Shown here one piece after another: positions 16,496 through 29,613 of a stretch of 64,000 nucleotides of DNA; position 1 is the first letter of the stretch, and each line of letters begins with the position of its first letter. The position numbers were made by a program, and so were the translations under genes. This stretch comes from Chlorokybus atmophyticus. Taxonomy: Eukaryota; Plantae; Mesostigma and Chlorokybus algae. The stretch spans positions 95,813 through 159,812 of the forward strand of contig RHPI01002998.1 in the NCBI GenBank assembly GCA_009103225.1, in the 5' to 3' direction. The notes beneath the pieces were generated by a model. The model did no database searches. It saw only the letters and a list, made by a program, of their open reading frames with translations, and was not told where the DNA came from.

Positions 16496-17649
16496 AGCGG
16501 GATGCTGAAGCCGAATCACGCTCATGGATCAACTCTGCATGGGTGAATGTAATGTGTGACCAGTTCAAGTCAATCCACAGTGGTGCCATCTTGTCAAAAT
16601 GTACAGTGCAGATATTGTCATCCAGGTGCATGTTCGGACAACGGGACATGTCAAGACATGTTGTAACAACAGGATACGTGTCATCATTAGTGACGTATAC
16701 CAAGTGTAGTGTAGTTTTTGTAACTAGTGTAGTTGATGCATAACTGAAAGAAACAATTTTGACTACGCCAAGGTAGACTAGCTGTTGGTACTTGACCAGA
16801 AGGCAATTGCTGTGCCCTTGACGCATGATGTTTATCACCAAGTGGTCGCGAGGCACTTGAGGAGCTCCTTTTTTGTTGCATTACCATCACCGCATAAATT
16901 GGCAAGGGGCATAACATCATGTCATTGCTGCGCTGTACTGATGTTGAAAGCGTGCAAAACCTTTGATGCATACCATTGCATTGCCCAAACTTGCTATTTC
17001 AAAAAAGCGAACTGGGTGATTGTACAGCTTCGTACCACATCATTAGTCCGGATGGTAATGTTCGTGTTTCTGCTGTTTACATCAACATGTATATGCTTGT
17101 TTTTTGTGCACACTGTGCATTACTACCAGTAAATGCCAGGCAATAGCATTGCTGCCCAAAAGTACCGCTCAATCAGCAATAAAAGGCATCAAGCTATGAT
17201 TTCAACTGAAACTTGACTGAGTACAGGCTTAGTAGGAATGCATCTATGTTGAATATAGCTAGTTGATTGTAAATGTACTATGTCATATTTGTGGACGATG
17301 CAGCACAACACACATTATGCTGTGATTTACCTGAAACGATCACATCTTGGTATCGAAAGTGATAATAGTCAAGAAAGGGAATCCTTGCAACCCTACCAAA
17401 TTGCACTCTCATACAGCAGATGCAGTTTGAATCACCATTGTCTGGTTCATGCTGGGTTGGAGAGGTGTTGATGCGCGTAAACACATGCTTGTGGAGATTG
17501 TTGCACACAAACGCTTCCTACTGCTAGCGCTGAATTACCCATTCCGCTTGACTGTGTTATAAGCACCACATGCATGGCAAGCAACCCTACAACTACCTAC
17601 AACAATTGCAGTATAAGATTAGCCCTTGTAATCACAACAGCCGATTGTA

Positions 17650-19534
17650 CTATTCTTTGCTAGCCATGTCGGCATCTGATTGTTTCCGACTTAGCAATGG
17701 CCTGCCTGCTTCGGGATCTCCACTACGATTGGGTTGTGGTGTATGCGTCGCCGTGGGTTTGCTGAAAAAAAGACGCATCGTTACACGACCACATTCACCG
17801 GATGCAGCACGGGAAAGTTGACCACACAGTACATACCTGTTGTAGTGTGTGTATGCTACCATGCCAACCACTGCGATTGCAATGCCACTAAGGTTGCGGT
17901 AATTCCATGGCGAGGCGAACAGCATGAAGCCGGCACTCAGCACAAGGCAGGTTTTCAGGTGCCCCAGCACCTGAGGAAGTTTCAGTTTGCCATAATTATC
18001 ATGGCATGCACCGAAGGCTGCAGAGTCAAACCTGATATGTCACAGGACTCGTAATGCCAATGACCAGAAACGTGCTGAAGTTCACCGAAATGGACACCAA
18101 ACAGGAGAGAATGATGAAGAACTGAACACAGAAACAGTCAATAATCATGGCACGCGGTACACTGCTGCGACACATGCTACAGAGATGCAAGCCTCAACAG
18201 CTGTTGTGCTCGTCATAGACATCTGACATCCACTTACCAGCACAGGCTGATTGTAGTCATAGCGGAACACGTTCTGGCCAGTCAGGTACTTGTCAAAAAG
18301 TGGCCCACACAGCATCAGCGTTGCTGACTGTATGGGGGATGACTGGTACAAAAGCTGTGTACTGCTGACTTGACAGTTCTTTTGAATGGTGTTGGTGGTC
18401 TGCAAGACGAAGCAGCAAGGGCGCAAACATCAGCGCATTGCGCTTACCATCATGCTGTGCAGTGGCAACACGCGTGCACACACACATGCATAGAGAAGCA
18501 CGCGCGAGCTCTTGCGTGTGCTTCTCTATGCATCGACACACGCCACTCACGATTTGCCCGTAGCAAGTTGTGATGATGGCAGCTGCAGAAAGCATTGTGC
18601 CGACGAAATTCGCTTCCAGATCGGTAACAGTGGCCACACCCACTCCAAGCAGCAGAACTGCCAAGCTCAGCTGCACAGAACGACTGCCATATTGCAAAAC
18701 GAGGACCATCAAGTCAGACATTTGACACACGGAGAGAAGCGCGACAACAGCAATGGCACATGTGTGCTGTGCAGAGCACCGCTGCACACACAACTACCAG
18801 ACAATGTACGTCTGCATCGCTTCTGCTGCTAGAGCACACCTGAATGTTTTGTTGTAGAACAGGATCTGAATCATAACTGTACAAGGGATGATCGCGAGCT
18901 TGGTCATCTGCACATGTACAAAATCATGTTTGCAGTTTGCAGAACTTACTGTGGGCTAGTATTGTAAACCAGGAAATGCAGCAATTCTATTGACTTGTCT
19001 TCAGTGCACATACTGCATTCCAAGCGCAGTGGCAAGCAAGGATGGAAAGCTCTCACAGCGGTATGCGCTAATGAATTCAACATGCATTGACGCACCTGAT
19101 AGAACCCAACCGAATTGAAGCCCAGGCTGAGATTAAGGAACCCTATTGAACAGCCATTGATAATCCCAAACAGCAGCTGGGGCCCCCAATCAATGCCTTT
19201 GTGTTCAAACCACCCAAGCGTCCTTGCCACATGCAGGGCTAAGAATGTGACGCCCAAATGCCATGCTGTCAATGTTGTTGCTGCGCACACATACTGCATC
19301 ACGACAGAACGACACACAAGGAAACCAACTGCATGCTTCCTGCTAGAACATCATGCATGTTAATACCAAAGCAATGCAGCCTTCAGTGGCGTTGCAAGCT
19401 ACACACGCACAGTGAAGTAGGGGAAACTCACCAAAGTTGAAATTCAGCACTGACATCAAGTACTTGTTGCATAAGACAATGGAGACACTGGAAACCACGC
19501 TCAGCGCCAAGGCGCCCAACACTCGCGGCTCCAT
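17650..19534 (-). CDS. UXT: Nucleotide-sugar transporter, plant UDP-xylose transporter (UXT)-like
   Basis: MEPRVLGALALSVVSSVSIVLCNKYLM; ATTLTAWHLGVTF; NGCSIGFLNLSLGFNSVGFYQ; TIQKNCQVSSTQLLYQS; LGHLKTCLVL. Multi-exon, ending in TAG at 17652-17650. Confidence 0.88.
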
Positions 19535-20575
19535 TGCACAACAGCAGTGGCTGGCCCCACGCTTCACGCTATCATAAGCAACATGCACTCTCCGGACAAT
19601 GTTGTTGCCACATCGCCTCCCACAAGCAAATCACAGCTAGCACAGCTCAGGGTCAAGCTCAAGCTCCAAGTGAAGTGGAGTCTCCCAGCACCAGGTATCC
19701 ACGACCAATTGACATGTGGAAAATGCGACCACAGCTGAACCTAGCTCAATCAAACCCTCAGACAGATGACACCACAACAATGCGACTGTCGAGTCGTCCG
19801 ACAAGCATTCCCCCGCTGCTGCAAGCTGATTGCCAGCTGTCACATCAAAGCCCTAACTAATACACGCTGAGGTGCAGCGTTGCAGCATTGTTGCAAGGTT
19901 TTGCCATGTATGACACCCGTTGTCGCATGCGTTGTATCACAAAAGCATGAAATTGCACAAATGGATGTGTCGCCGACGGCTACGCGCCGTTAGTGTTTAC
20001 CGTTTATACATTTAACGCGAGATCCGGATCTTTTATCCCGAATTGATATTTGAGGTCAGGTCTAGAGCTCTGTGCAAAGCGCCTCTGAGGAGCTGTCTCG
20101 ATATCAACGCCCGGCTGTCACCCAGCCTGGACCGGGTCCCACCCCTTCCTTGGTTAAATGCCGCGCCTTGGAAGTGTGAGACATGCGAAGTTGATCTTTG
20201 TAAGTCACCTGCCAGTCAAATCACCTGGTCCGGGACCCCGATCGCTTGAACACAAGGCTTTAGGTCTAATGAAACAAGTTCTTCAAGAGGTTTTTTCCAG
20301 ACAACCTCATGGGTTTACGTTGCAGTTTTCACTTGAAGCACTCTGCTGACCGAGTCCGCTAACCACTAAGTGTATATCACCTTCATTGGTAGATATCTGG
20401 CTTTTGCCTTGCGAGCTTGCGTTTGTGGTTGCATTTGGTGCCAGCTGGCAGCCAGGTAGGGTTTCGCCCAGCGACGGCTGCCGCGGTGAAGTTGTCCGCG
20501 GCGTGGCCGTCGACTTGGGTGACATTGTTCTGCTGAGCGGCGAGAGAGGTTGGGAGGGGAGAAGGGTGTCTCAGC

Positions 20576-23500
20576 ATGGCGCTTGCTGGCGCTGTGACAG
20601 GGAGTGCTGCTTGCTTGACAGCAGCGCCGGCGCCTGCGGCTGCGGATCTGCTGCCGCCGCGCCAGGCCAGGCGTGGGATGAGCGGTTGCTACCCGATCTC
20701 TGCAACTTCTGGTAAGATAATAAATGTGCTCATTCTAGGTCCACGGCATGACATGCGAGTTATGCCCTCATGTAAGGTGCATGCAATGCAGCAGTGGTCC
20801 TGCGTGGCAGCTTTGTATCCTTGGACAAGGTGACTGCAGAGAGTCAATACCGTGCAATGTGCTTACTGTTGGTTGTGGCCTAGCATTCTGCCTGCCTGTC
20901 TTTTGCTGCTCGTATGGCAGCCTGCATGGCAGCAGCTGATTTGGACGCATGAGCCAGTCTTTATAGCCATATTCGCCAACGGTTCATGAGCTAGCAGCAT
21001 ATCGCTGTTTTGCTTACTTATACATCAACAGTTCACAGCCTTGCGCATGTCTTGGTAACAGATTTCAGATAGGTTAGCATTGCGCCATGCCCGCAAAGCA
21101 TTGCATATTCAGGCTGGCGTGCATGCTAATGGTTGTCATGTCATTGCATTTTGGCAGGAAGCAAGCATATGTCTACATATTCTGGCCTTGCCCGGACCAG
21201 TTCTTCGACTGCAGTGCGAGCATCATCCAGCACGCGCAGAAGCCAGGTGCATACTTGCACCAACGATTGTCAGCTGATATTTGCGCACATTTTCAGCTTG
21301 CATGGGCAGCTGCGCTGATGTGCACAAGTCCGGGCACCACAGTCCTTTCTGCCCAAGTTGAAGTTGCCTGAGCCAGAATTCTTACAAAACTTGGTGCCTC
21401 CCCCTCATATTTATGGTATGCTGTGTCCAGGTGCCAGCTGTAAGGGCAGAAGCCAGGGATTCAGATGTAGATTACCGCCCTAGCCCGTTGGAGGACCCCA
21501 ACCTGAAAGGTGTCTCAAGTCCATACGCCACTCTTGACGACGATGATGAGGAAGACGACGATCTGTATGAGGATGCTGGCGAAGCGACCAGTTATGGTAA
21601 CAGAGATGCTGCCGCCAATGCTGCAGCGCAGTTGGAGGTAAGGCCAGTGCAAATGTTGTTAAACAAAATGTTGTCATGTGCATCTCGGGTAGGTATTGGT
21701 GTGCTTGTTGTTGACTTGGGATCTCAGTGGCATTGCTTGTTGCCTGTTATTGGGCACGTTTTGTTCAAAATTCACGATGTAGTACAACAGCAGTCGACTG
21801 ACTCTGTTAGTGGCACAGTTTGCTGAGCGATACTGTGTTGTCTTGTGCATTTTACTTGAAGCCGGTTGCAGCATGTCAAGTGTGATTGTAACGCTGTGCA
21901 TTGTGACGCTGTGCAGGCATTGCGTAAAGATAACCAGATGCTGCGTGCCCGGATGGAGTCTGCGACATTGTCACCATACAAGGTCCCGCAGCCCTCTGGG
22001 GATGGAACCGATGTGATCAAGGTCAGTTCATGCCTTACACACATGTACAGCAGGTTGTCTCCTGGTTATACACTTTTGGTTCAGTAGCATGCCCTGTACC
22101 CCTGGAGACAGCTAACAAACCACAAACTATGAAGTCATTGACCCGATTTTGCAGATTGACCCTTATCTGGAGCCTTACAAGGGACACTTGCAATACCGTT
22201 ACAGCAAGTTCAAGGAGAGGTTCGCCGAAATTGAGAAGTATGAGGGGGGCTTGGAGAAGTTCTCAAGGGGTTATGAGAAGTTTGGCTTCACTTTGTCTCG
22301 TGACGGCATCACATACAGGTAAGGCCATGCACTCAGCACATCACTTGTGAGTAGTTAGTTATTGCCAATGTCGGGTCTCATAAGTATAAACTGTGCAGAG
22401 AGTGGGCCCCTGCAGCCACGAAGGCTTCCCTGATTGGCGACTTCAATAACTGGGACCAGAACGCTGACCCCATGACTAAGAACCCCTATGGCGTGTTTGA
22501 GCTCAACCTGCCCAACAATGCAGACGGCACGCCTGCCATTCCCCATGGATCGAAGGTCAAGATCCGCATGCTGTCTGAGTCCGGAGAGTGGATTGACCGC
22601 ATTCCCGCGTGGATAAAGTATGCCGTGCAGGTACAAAACTGCAATCTGTATCATCGATCTCAACCTCTGTAGTACCTATATGCTGATACTGGACGCCGGT
22701 GTTCACATTCGGTTTGAGTAATCGTGTCAGCCATAGTTGCCAGGTGTTGGGTCGTGAATGTCATACGTAGTAGTGCAGACATTGGCGCAGACTGCCAGTC
22801 TGCGGATTGCACAACAGAAATGGCCAAGGGTTTTGCTGTCATTGCCTTGTGTAACTGTAACCGTTGCATGCAGCCTGAAGGTCAAGTTCTGTATGATGGT
22901 GTGTACTGGGATGCACCTGAGAAGTACGAGTTCAAGCACCCTAGGCCACCGAAGCCTCGCACTCTGCGCATCTATGAGGCACATGTTGGCATGTCGTCTG
23001 TGGATCCCAAAATCAGGTGAAAATGCGCAACTTATGTCAATGCAGTATTCTAAGTGTGCACTGCTGAAACTGACAGCACCACATGTGTGCAGCACGTACA
23101 TCGAGTTCCGAGACACTGTGCTGCCTCGCATCAAGGATCTGGGCTACAATGCTGTGCAGCTCATGGCCGTCATGGAACACGCGTACTATGGCTCATTTGG
23201 TTACCACATCACAAACTTCTTCGCTGTATCATCAAGGTGACTTATGCACCTGTGCGTGAGCTATTGAAGTTTTGATTGTGCCTGCCCGGTGTGTGTATTG
23301 GTGTACATGCAACACACCAGCAGCAGTTGTGGAAGGGGTGGGGGGGAAGGGGGGCTCATTTCCACCATTATCTCAGAGCAGGTGTGGTTGCTCATGTTGC
23401 TCGCAATCATGAGTTCAACATCTGCTCCTGATGTCTTGCTGCAGGTGTGGAACTCCAGAGGACCTCAAGTCGCTTATCGACCGCGCCCATGAGTTGGGCC

Positions 23501-25874
23501 TGACCGTCCTGATGGACGTTGTGCACAGCCACGCCTCTAAGAACGTGCTTGATGGACTCAACAATTTTGATGGATCAGACTCGCACTACTTCCATTCTGG
23601 AGAGCGTGGTTACCACTGGATGTGGGACTCTCGCCTGTTCAACTATGGCAGCTGGGAGGTATGACAAGCAATGAGTCATACGTTAATGATGGGCTTGTCT
23701 ACATTGCAGCTCACGTCTCAACACTTGTCTCTGCATTGATGGCCTGATTGGCAAGCTGTGCATGCGTGTTGCAGCGGCTAATGTATGTAGTGCATCACAG
23801 GTTATGCGATTCCTTCTCAGCAACCTGCGTTTTTGGATTGAGGAGTACCAGTTTGATGGCTTCCGCTTCGATGGCATTACATCCATGATGTACACTCACC
23901 ACGGCCTGCAGATGACCTTCACTGGTAAGCTACTTGTAGGTGTTACCCTCCGTGGGTATTGGGTCACTTAGCTACTACTATTCAGTCGTTGTCGCTCTGT
24001 GCTGCAGTCAGTATTGTTATACCATCCTGGGTAGTTTGACGCTTACGTTCCTGCTACCTCAGGTGACTATGGCGAGTACCTTGGCCTCAACAGCGACATT
24101 GATGCCATCAACTACCTGATGCTAGCCAACGATATGTTGCACCACTTGTATCCGTTTGTCATCACAATTGCAGGTACATACATCTGTTAATTGTTAAGCG
24201 GATTGGCTAACAACAGCTTGTGCTACTACGGACATGGTTGTTGTCATCTTGTATCTCACCTTCTACACAAATGTGCAGAGGACGTGAGTGGTATGCCAAC
24301 ACTGTGCAGACCGGTTCGCGAGGGTGGTGTTGGCTTTGATTACCGCTTGCAGATGGCTATCGCTGACAAGTGGATTGAAGTCTTAGACGAGTATGTGATA
24401 GTAAAGCAATCACTCTATCAGCATTGCAATGCATCAAGTTGTGCGTTGTTTGGTTCATGCTTGCAGCATTACCAAGCCAATAATCAGTTCGCATAAGACT
24501 TTGCGTTGTACAGGTACAAGGATGAGGAGTGGGATATCGGCAACATCTGCTTTACACTGACCAACCGCAGATGGGATGAAAAATGCATCGCGTACGCCGA
24601 GTCACACGACCAGGCTTTGGTTGGTGACAAGACCATTGCCTTTTGGCTCATGGATAAGGTAAGTGCACGTACGCTTGTGTCAATGGTGTATGTGGTAAGG
24701 TCAGCTCTCGACATAATGTAACCCGGTGTATTGTCAACGTTGTGCATGCATAGTAACCTGCTGCAGATAGTTGGACTGACAGTCTCTGGCACGCAGGAGA
24801 TGTACTGGGGCATGGCGCTTGACAGCCCACCGAACCCCATTGTTGACAGGGGTATTGCACTGCACAAGATGATCCGCCTCATCACGCTCGCTCTTGGTGG
24901 GAATGGCTACCTGAACTTCATGGGCAACGAATTTGGTCACCCAGAGTGGATCGACTTTCCGCGGTGCGTTGTCCAGTTGCACTATCAATGCAGTTGCTGT
25001 CATATGCGGTTGTGTGCTTGGGGTTCTTTAACAACATTTTTGCTGCGGCCAACTTTCGGGACACTTGGCACCTAGAGCTTAGTGGTCGTTGTGTTCGATG
25101 TGTCACATGTTGTTTACACACTGTCTTGCAGTGGTGATCGGTTTGACTCTGTGAAGAACAAGTGGATCCCTGGCAATGGCAACAGCTACGAAAAGTGCAG
25201 ACGACGCTTCGATCTGGCTGATGCCAACTTTCTGAAGTATCAGTGGCTCAACAACTTCGACAGGGCAATGAACCACCTGGATGAGCAGTTTGAGTTCGTT
25301 GCCTCCGAGCACCAATATGTCAGGCAAGCAACGACAGTTGTATCAAGGGTTTTCCACCCAGCTGTTTGTTGGCCTTGGGTGCAAAGGTGTCAAACTTGCA
25401 CTTGTGGTACAGCCGTAAAGATGAAGCCGACAAGCTCATTGTGTTCGAGCGCGGTGACCTGGTCTTTGTTTTTAACTTCCACTACAACCAGAGCTTCACC
25501 GATTACCGCGTGGGCTGTCTGAAGCCTGGCAAGTACAAGGTGTGTGCGTGTTGTAGCAGTTGTCATGACATAGGACAGCTGTATATATGTAGTTCAGGTG
25601 TTCTGCGTTCAGTGCTGACATTATGTGGTTGCGTCAATAGATTGTTCTCAGCACGGATGAGAAGGACTTTGGCGGATGGGCGAATGCCACCAAACATGCG
25701 AATGCTGAGTTCTTCACGCAAGAAGGGTACTACGACAACCGCCCGCACTCGTTCATGGTCTACGCGCCATCTCGCACAGCAGTGGTGTACGCGCCAGCGG
25801 AGTTTAATGATCCCCTCGACCAGTTTTGCGAGGAGAAGCCCGAGGCAGACGAATGCCGCATGTACGACGAATGA
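20576..25874 (+). CDS. SBE2: Starch branching enzyme II (GH13) with transit peptide and C-terminal CP12-like extension
   Basis: Exons reconstruct [120 protein letters not shown] and [10 protein letters not shown], followed by the tail [26 protein letters not shown]. Confidence 0.95.
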
Positions 25875-28267
25875 GGCGGCATTCCCCACACACGGGCTGC
25901 TGACATTGAGGTTGCTCAGGTTGGCAACGTTTGGCAGCGGTTTCTTGTACAGCACAAGACAGGTTACAATTGTGAACCAAACCGTATATTCTTTTTTGTA
26001 CTTAGTCTCTAGATGTTGTTTCGCTTGGTTGGTTGCCTTCATCAGATAGGGTTATCCTTAGGTTAGCAGGCCAGGATGCCTTCTGCTGCAGCTGGTGGGC
26101 GGGTGCAAGAGTTTGAGTTGACTGGTGTTGAATGCATGTCTTTGCCTCTTTTATGATTGCAGGAACTGGGGCATAGTGCAGGTGTCCATACTTGGGCTGT
26201 CATGATGTGAAAATGCAGTCAGTGTGTACGCGGACAGCTGAAAGGTGTGTGACTGGCTTGGCAAAGCCGGAAGGTAGTTGCTTTGGCAGTGGTTGGGGCG
26301 CAATTGTCATTGCAAACGTTGTGCTGCAAGCAAACATAATACCAACTAGGGGTTTTTCCTCGGTGTAATGTTTCCTCTCTGCTCACGTTGCGTATGAACT
26401 TGGATTTGAAGGCCAGCGTGCCGTGTGTACATGCAGTGTACGCAAGTGTTGCTTCCGCACTTGTGCATGCATGCCTTATACCTTATGCATTCGGGACACG
26501 GAAGGTGAGGGCAACGACATCCACATGGTGAGAGGATAATGAGAGCTTAGAGGAGTCGCATGCGTGGACAAGAAGTGGACAATCTGTTGAGGAGGAGGTC
26601 TCGACAGTGGAACCTACTTACGTGCGGTATAGCCACCAACCCATGAAAGAAGCCAGGGGCCCTGAGAAGCGCATGACATCTTTGCTGCAGCTGCTGCTGG
26701 TCACTCACAACTCTCTATGCCAAAGCCGTTGCGAGCGCAACCCTAACACAACGACATAAGACTCGAGACGACCACAGTGGTGCACTGCCCTTGCTTTGGC
26801 AGTTGCGCTAACTGTGGCGTTGCTGTCTCAGGTGAGGCGCAGCTTGTCTTACCTTGCCGCTCCTCGCTTGGCGTGCGACTGAAGGGCCCAGCGCATTGCC
26901 TTTGTTGTGCTTGTCGTATGCTAATTTGCTACTTACCTACTGGTCATCCACTACTACCGACTGCCTTTGCCCACACTGCGCGGTCCATTGCTTGCTTGCT
27001 TGCGTAGGTCGGTAGTGTCGTGCTACTGTACTTGCATATGCATATGTATTGACGATGGCAAGACTCTGCAAGTAGCAACGGCAACGGCAGGACGCAAGAG
27101 CTGTCTAACCCATGTTGCTACAGGTTGGTGGTGATGTCTGTCCCTCCTGCCCCCGCCCCTTCACCTCCCTTGCACGCACTGAGCTGAAGCGCAAAGTCAG
27201 TGTATGCCCCCTGCTGTAATTGAAAGCACTGTGTTCGTGTGGCTTGCTGTATTACTGTGCTGTGTTACCTGTTGTGTGAGGCGACACGTCACCATGAGTG
27301 CTTGATCGTTGCGAAGCTTAAGAACCTCCATGGATTGATTGGTTGATGTGCTGTATTGGCGTTGCGTGTTTTGTATGCATGCCTCCTTGTGCGTGAGCAT
27401 CTATTTCGCTTCGTCCTTGTGCGCGAGCAGGTGTCGTCTGCTCACGCACAAGGAGGAACATGTATGTCCACTCTCAAGCATGCACACCAGGTTCGGCCAG
27501 ACGTATGCAATATAAGCTACACTGTGCAACCCACCATGCATGCTAGTTTAGGCTGCTCATGACACAGGGATCAGTGATCCCTATGTCAGTCAAGTTGTCC
27601 AGTTCGAGCAATCCGGGGCGGGCGTGACGGCGTGCATGTGCGTATGTGCATGCTTGTGTGCACACATGTGTGTGTGACTGTCTGTGCGTGTGCGTGTGCA
27701 AACGCTAGCTGAACAGCGCATAGAAACACCAGTCGGTATGTGCCTGCAACATGCACAAGAGTACGAGGCCATGGGGGAGAAGGTGAGGAAGCAGATGGCG
27801 GAGGTGCAGCTGCGGGTTTATTTTCTAGGCCAACGAGTTGCAGCTGATAACAACGGGGTAGAGTACCGTGCCAACAAGCACGGCACACAAGGCCAAGGCT
27901 AGTGGGTTTGTGGACTGATGGTACATGTGCGTGCATGTTTGCCTGTCCGTGTATGTGTGTATACGTGTATGTGCACGTGTGTTTGGGTTATGGGTGTGCC
28001 AGTGCGTGCGTATGCGCACGTGCGTGTGTACTGGTGTATAAGTCTGTGTCGCTCGCATGCGTGTGTGACGTGTGATAATGCGAGACAACATGCACATAGA
28101 GCAGGTGGCACACAAGGAGTACTCTAGAAGGGGCTTTAATCCGGTTCACATACAATTATCCAAAACTGTAAAGCGGGCAGCTACGGGGTTGCAACTTTCA
28201 GATATCCATCAACTGATGTTTGGGGAGAGGGAAACAACAAAATCAACGAATCCGATGCTTCTTAGAC

Positions 28268-28472
28268 TTAGACGAAGTTCAGGTTGGCGAAGCATGTCTT
28301 GGCGCGTGTCTTGATGACGCCCTGCTCGGGGTTGAGGTTCTGGACGGTGAAGCCAACGGTGACGTGGGGGTAATAGGTGGTGGGGTTGAACAGGGCGGCG
28401 CTGCCACCACGGCTCACGACAAGGCTCTGGATCTGGTGGACAAAAGATGGGGAGTGTCAGTAAGTTGATGTG

Positions 28473-28546
<74 letters not shown>

Positions 28547-29155
28547 CACAGCTGTGCATGTTACCCTACCTTCTTGCGGATGTTGATGAGTGCGGTGTTG
28601 GGTGTCTTGAGGACGATGAAGTAGGCACATGTCCTGACGCCCGAGACGACGCGGCACGCTCCGCCGAGGCAGTCGAGTGCGAAGGCGACGCCCTGGATGT
28701 TGTTATTGTTGCCGAGGACGACCATGTCGTGGAAGGAGACGTACTGGGAGATGCGGGCGAACTCCACGTCACGCAGGACGGTGATGTGAGCCTCGCCACG
28801 GGTCTGGGTGGGGCGGTCGTAGCCGCTGGGGATGGGACCGTTGGTGGTCAGCTTGGTGTACACCGCCTTCACGGGGGGGAAGTACACGGTCTTGTGAAGC
28901 TCCTGGGCCTTGGGGTCAGGGACGTTGGCGACCTTGTTGTACACGGTCTTGGCGATGTTGTAGGTGGCGATGATGGTCTGCTCACACAGTCACACAGTCA
29001 GTCCTCAATTTCTCTCCCACCCAACGCACACATGCACAATGCAATGCTATGCACTGCATGCATGCCACGTATAAATGCCACGTCACCTGGGCCTCAACGG
29101 CGGAGGAGACGGCCAGGAGGGCGACCACGGCGATGAGCACCTTGGAGAACGCCAT
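28268..29155 (-). CDS. Secreted 2H phosphoesterase-superfamily protein, 3 exons
   Basis: Signal peptide MAFSKVLIAVVALLAVSSAVEAQ; two HxT motifs (RGEAHITV and YYPHVTVGF); strong C-ending codon bias; minus-strand TATAAAA near 29392-29386; TAA at 28270-28268. Confidence 0.8.
28479..28540. repeat. (GA)n microsatellite in intron 2 of the 2H gene
   Basis: Pure GA repeat. Confidence 0.95.
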
Positions 29156-29524
29156 GGTGACAGATGAGGAGGACTGGTCCTACAAGGGGAAGTGTCAAGT
29201 CAGTCAGTCAGCCAGCCAGCAACCGTCATTGCATGCACGCATGCATGCAAGAGCACAACTAGTAGCAAGCGAGCAGGCACACCAACAAGAACCGCAGAGG
29301 CAGAGTGCAGCCATGCGTAAGCTTACCCGAAACAGCAGCGACTTGCAAGTGACTGACTGTACTTGCTTATGAAAGCCTTGCCCGATTTTATACGTGCGTC
29401 GCGCTGCGCTGCGGGGCCGCGGACGACGACGCGAGATGCTTGAAGCATTATGCTTCATCAAAGATGCCTCCGTAGCATGGTGTGCGCCGCAAAGTGGTAC
29501 TTGAAAAGGGTTGCGCACCGAGAG

Positions 29525-29613
29525 ACAGGGAGCTAGATGCTGCAGACTGAGAGCTACTCACTGTCCTGTGGGGTCCTGTGGGCAGTCTCAGTCTGCAGCA
29601 TCTAGCTCTCTGT
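29525..29613. repeat. Inverted repeat / hairpin (28-bp stem with one G-T pair, 33-nt loop)
   Basis: GAGCTAGATGCTGCAGACTGAGA at 29530-29552 is the exact reverse complement of 29586-29608, and the stem extends to 29525/29613 with one mismatch. Confidence 0.9.

Noticed and set aside
27560-27588. Imperfect 29-bp palindrome
   Set aside because: It is isolated, has one mismatch and has no associated feature.
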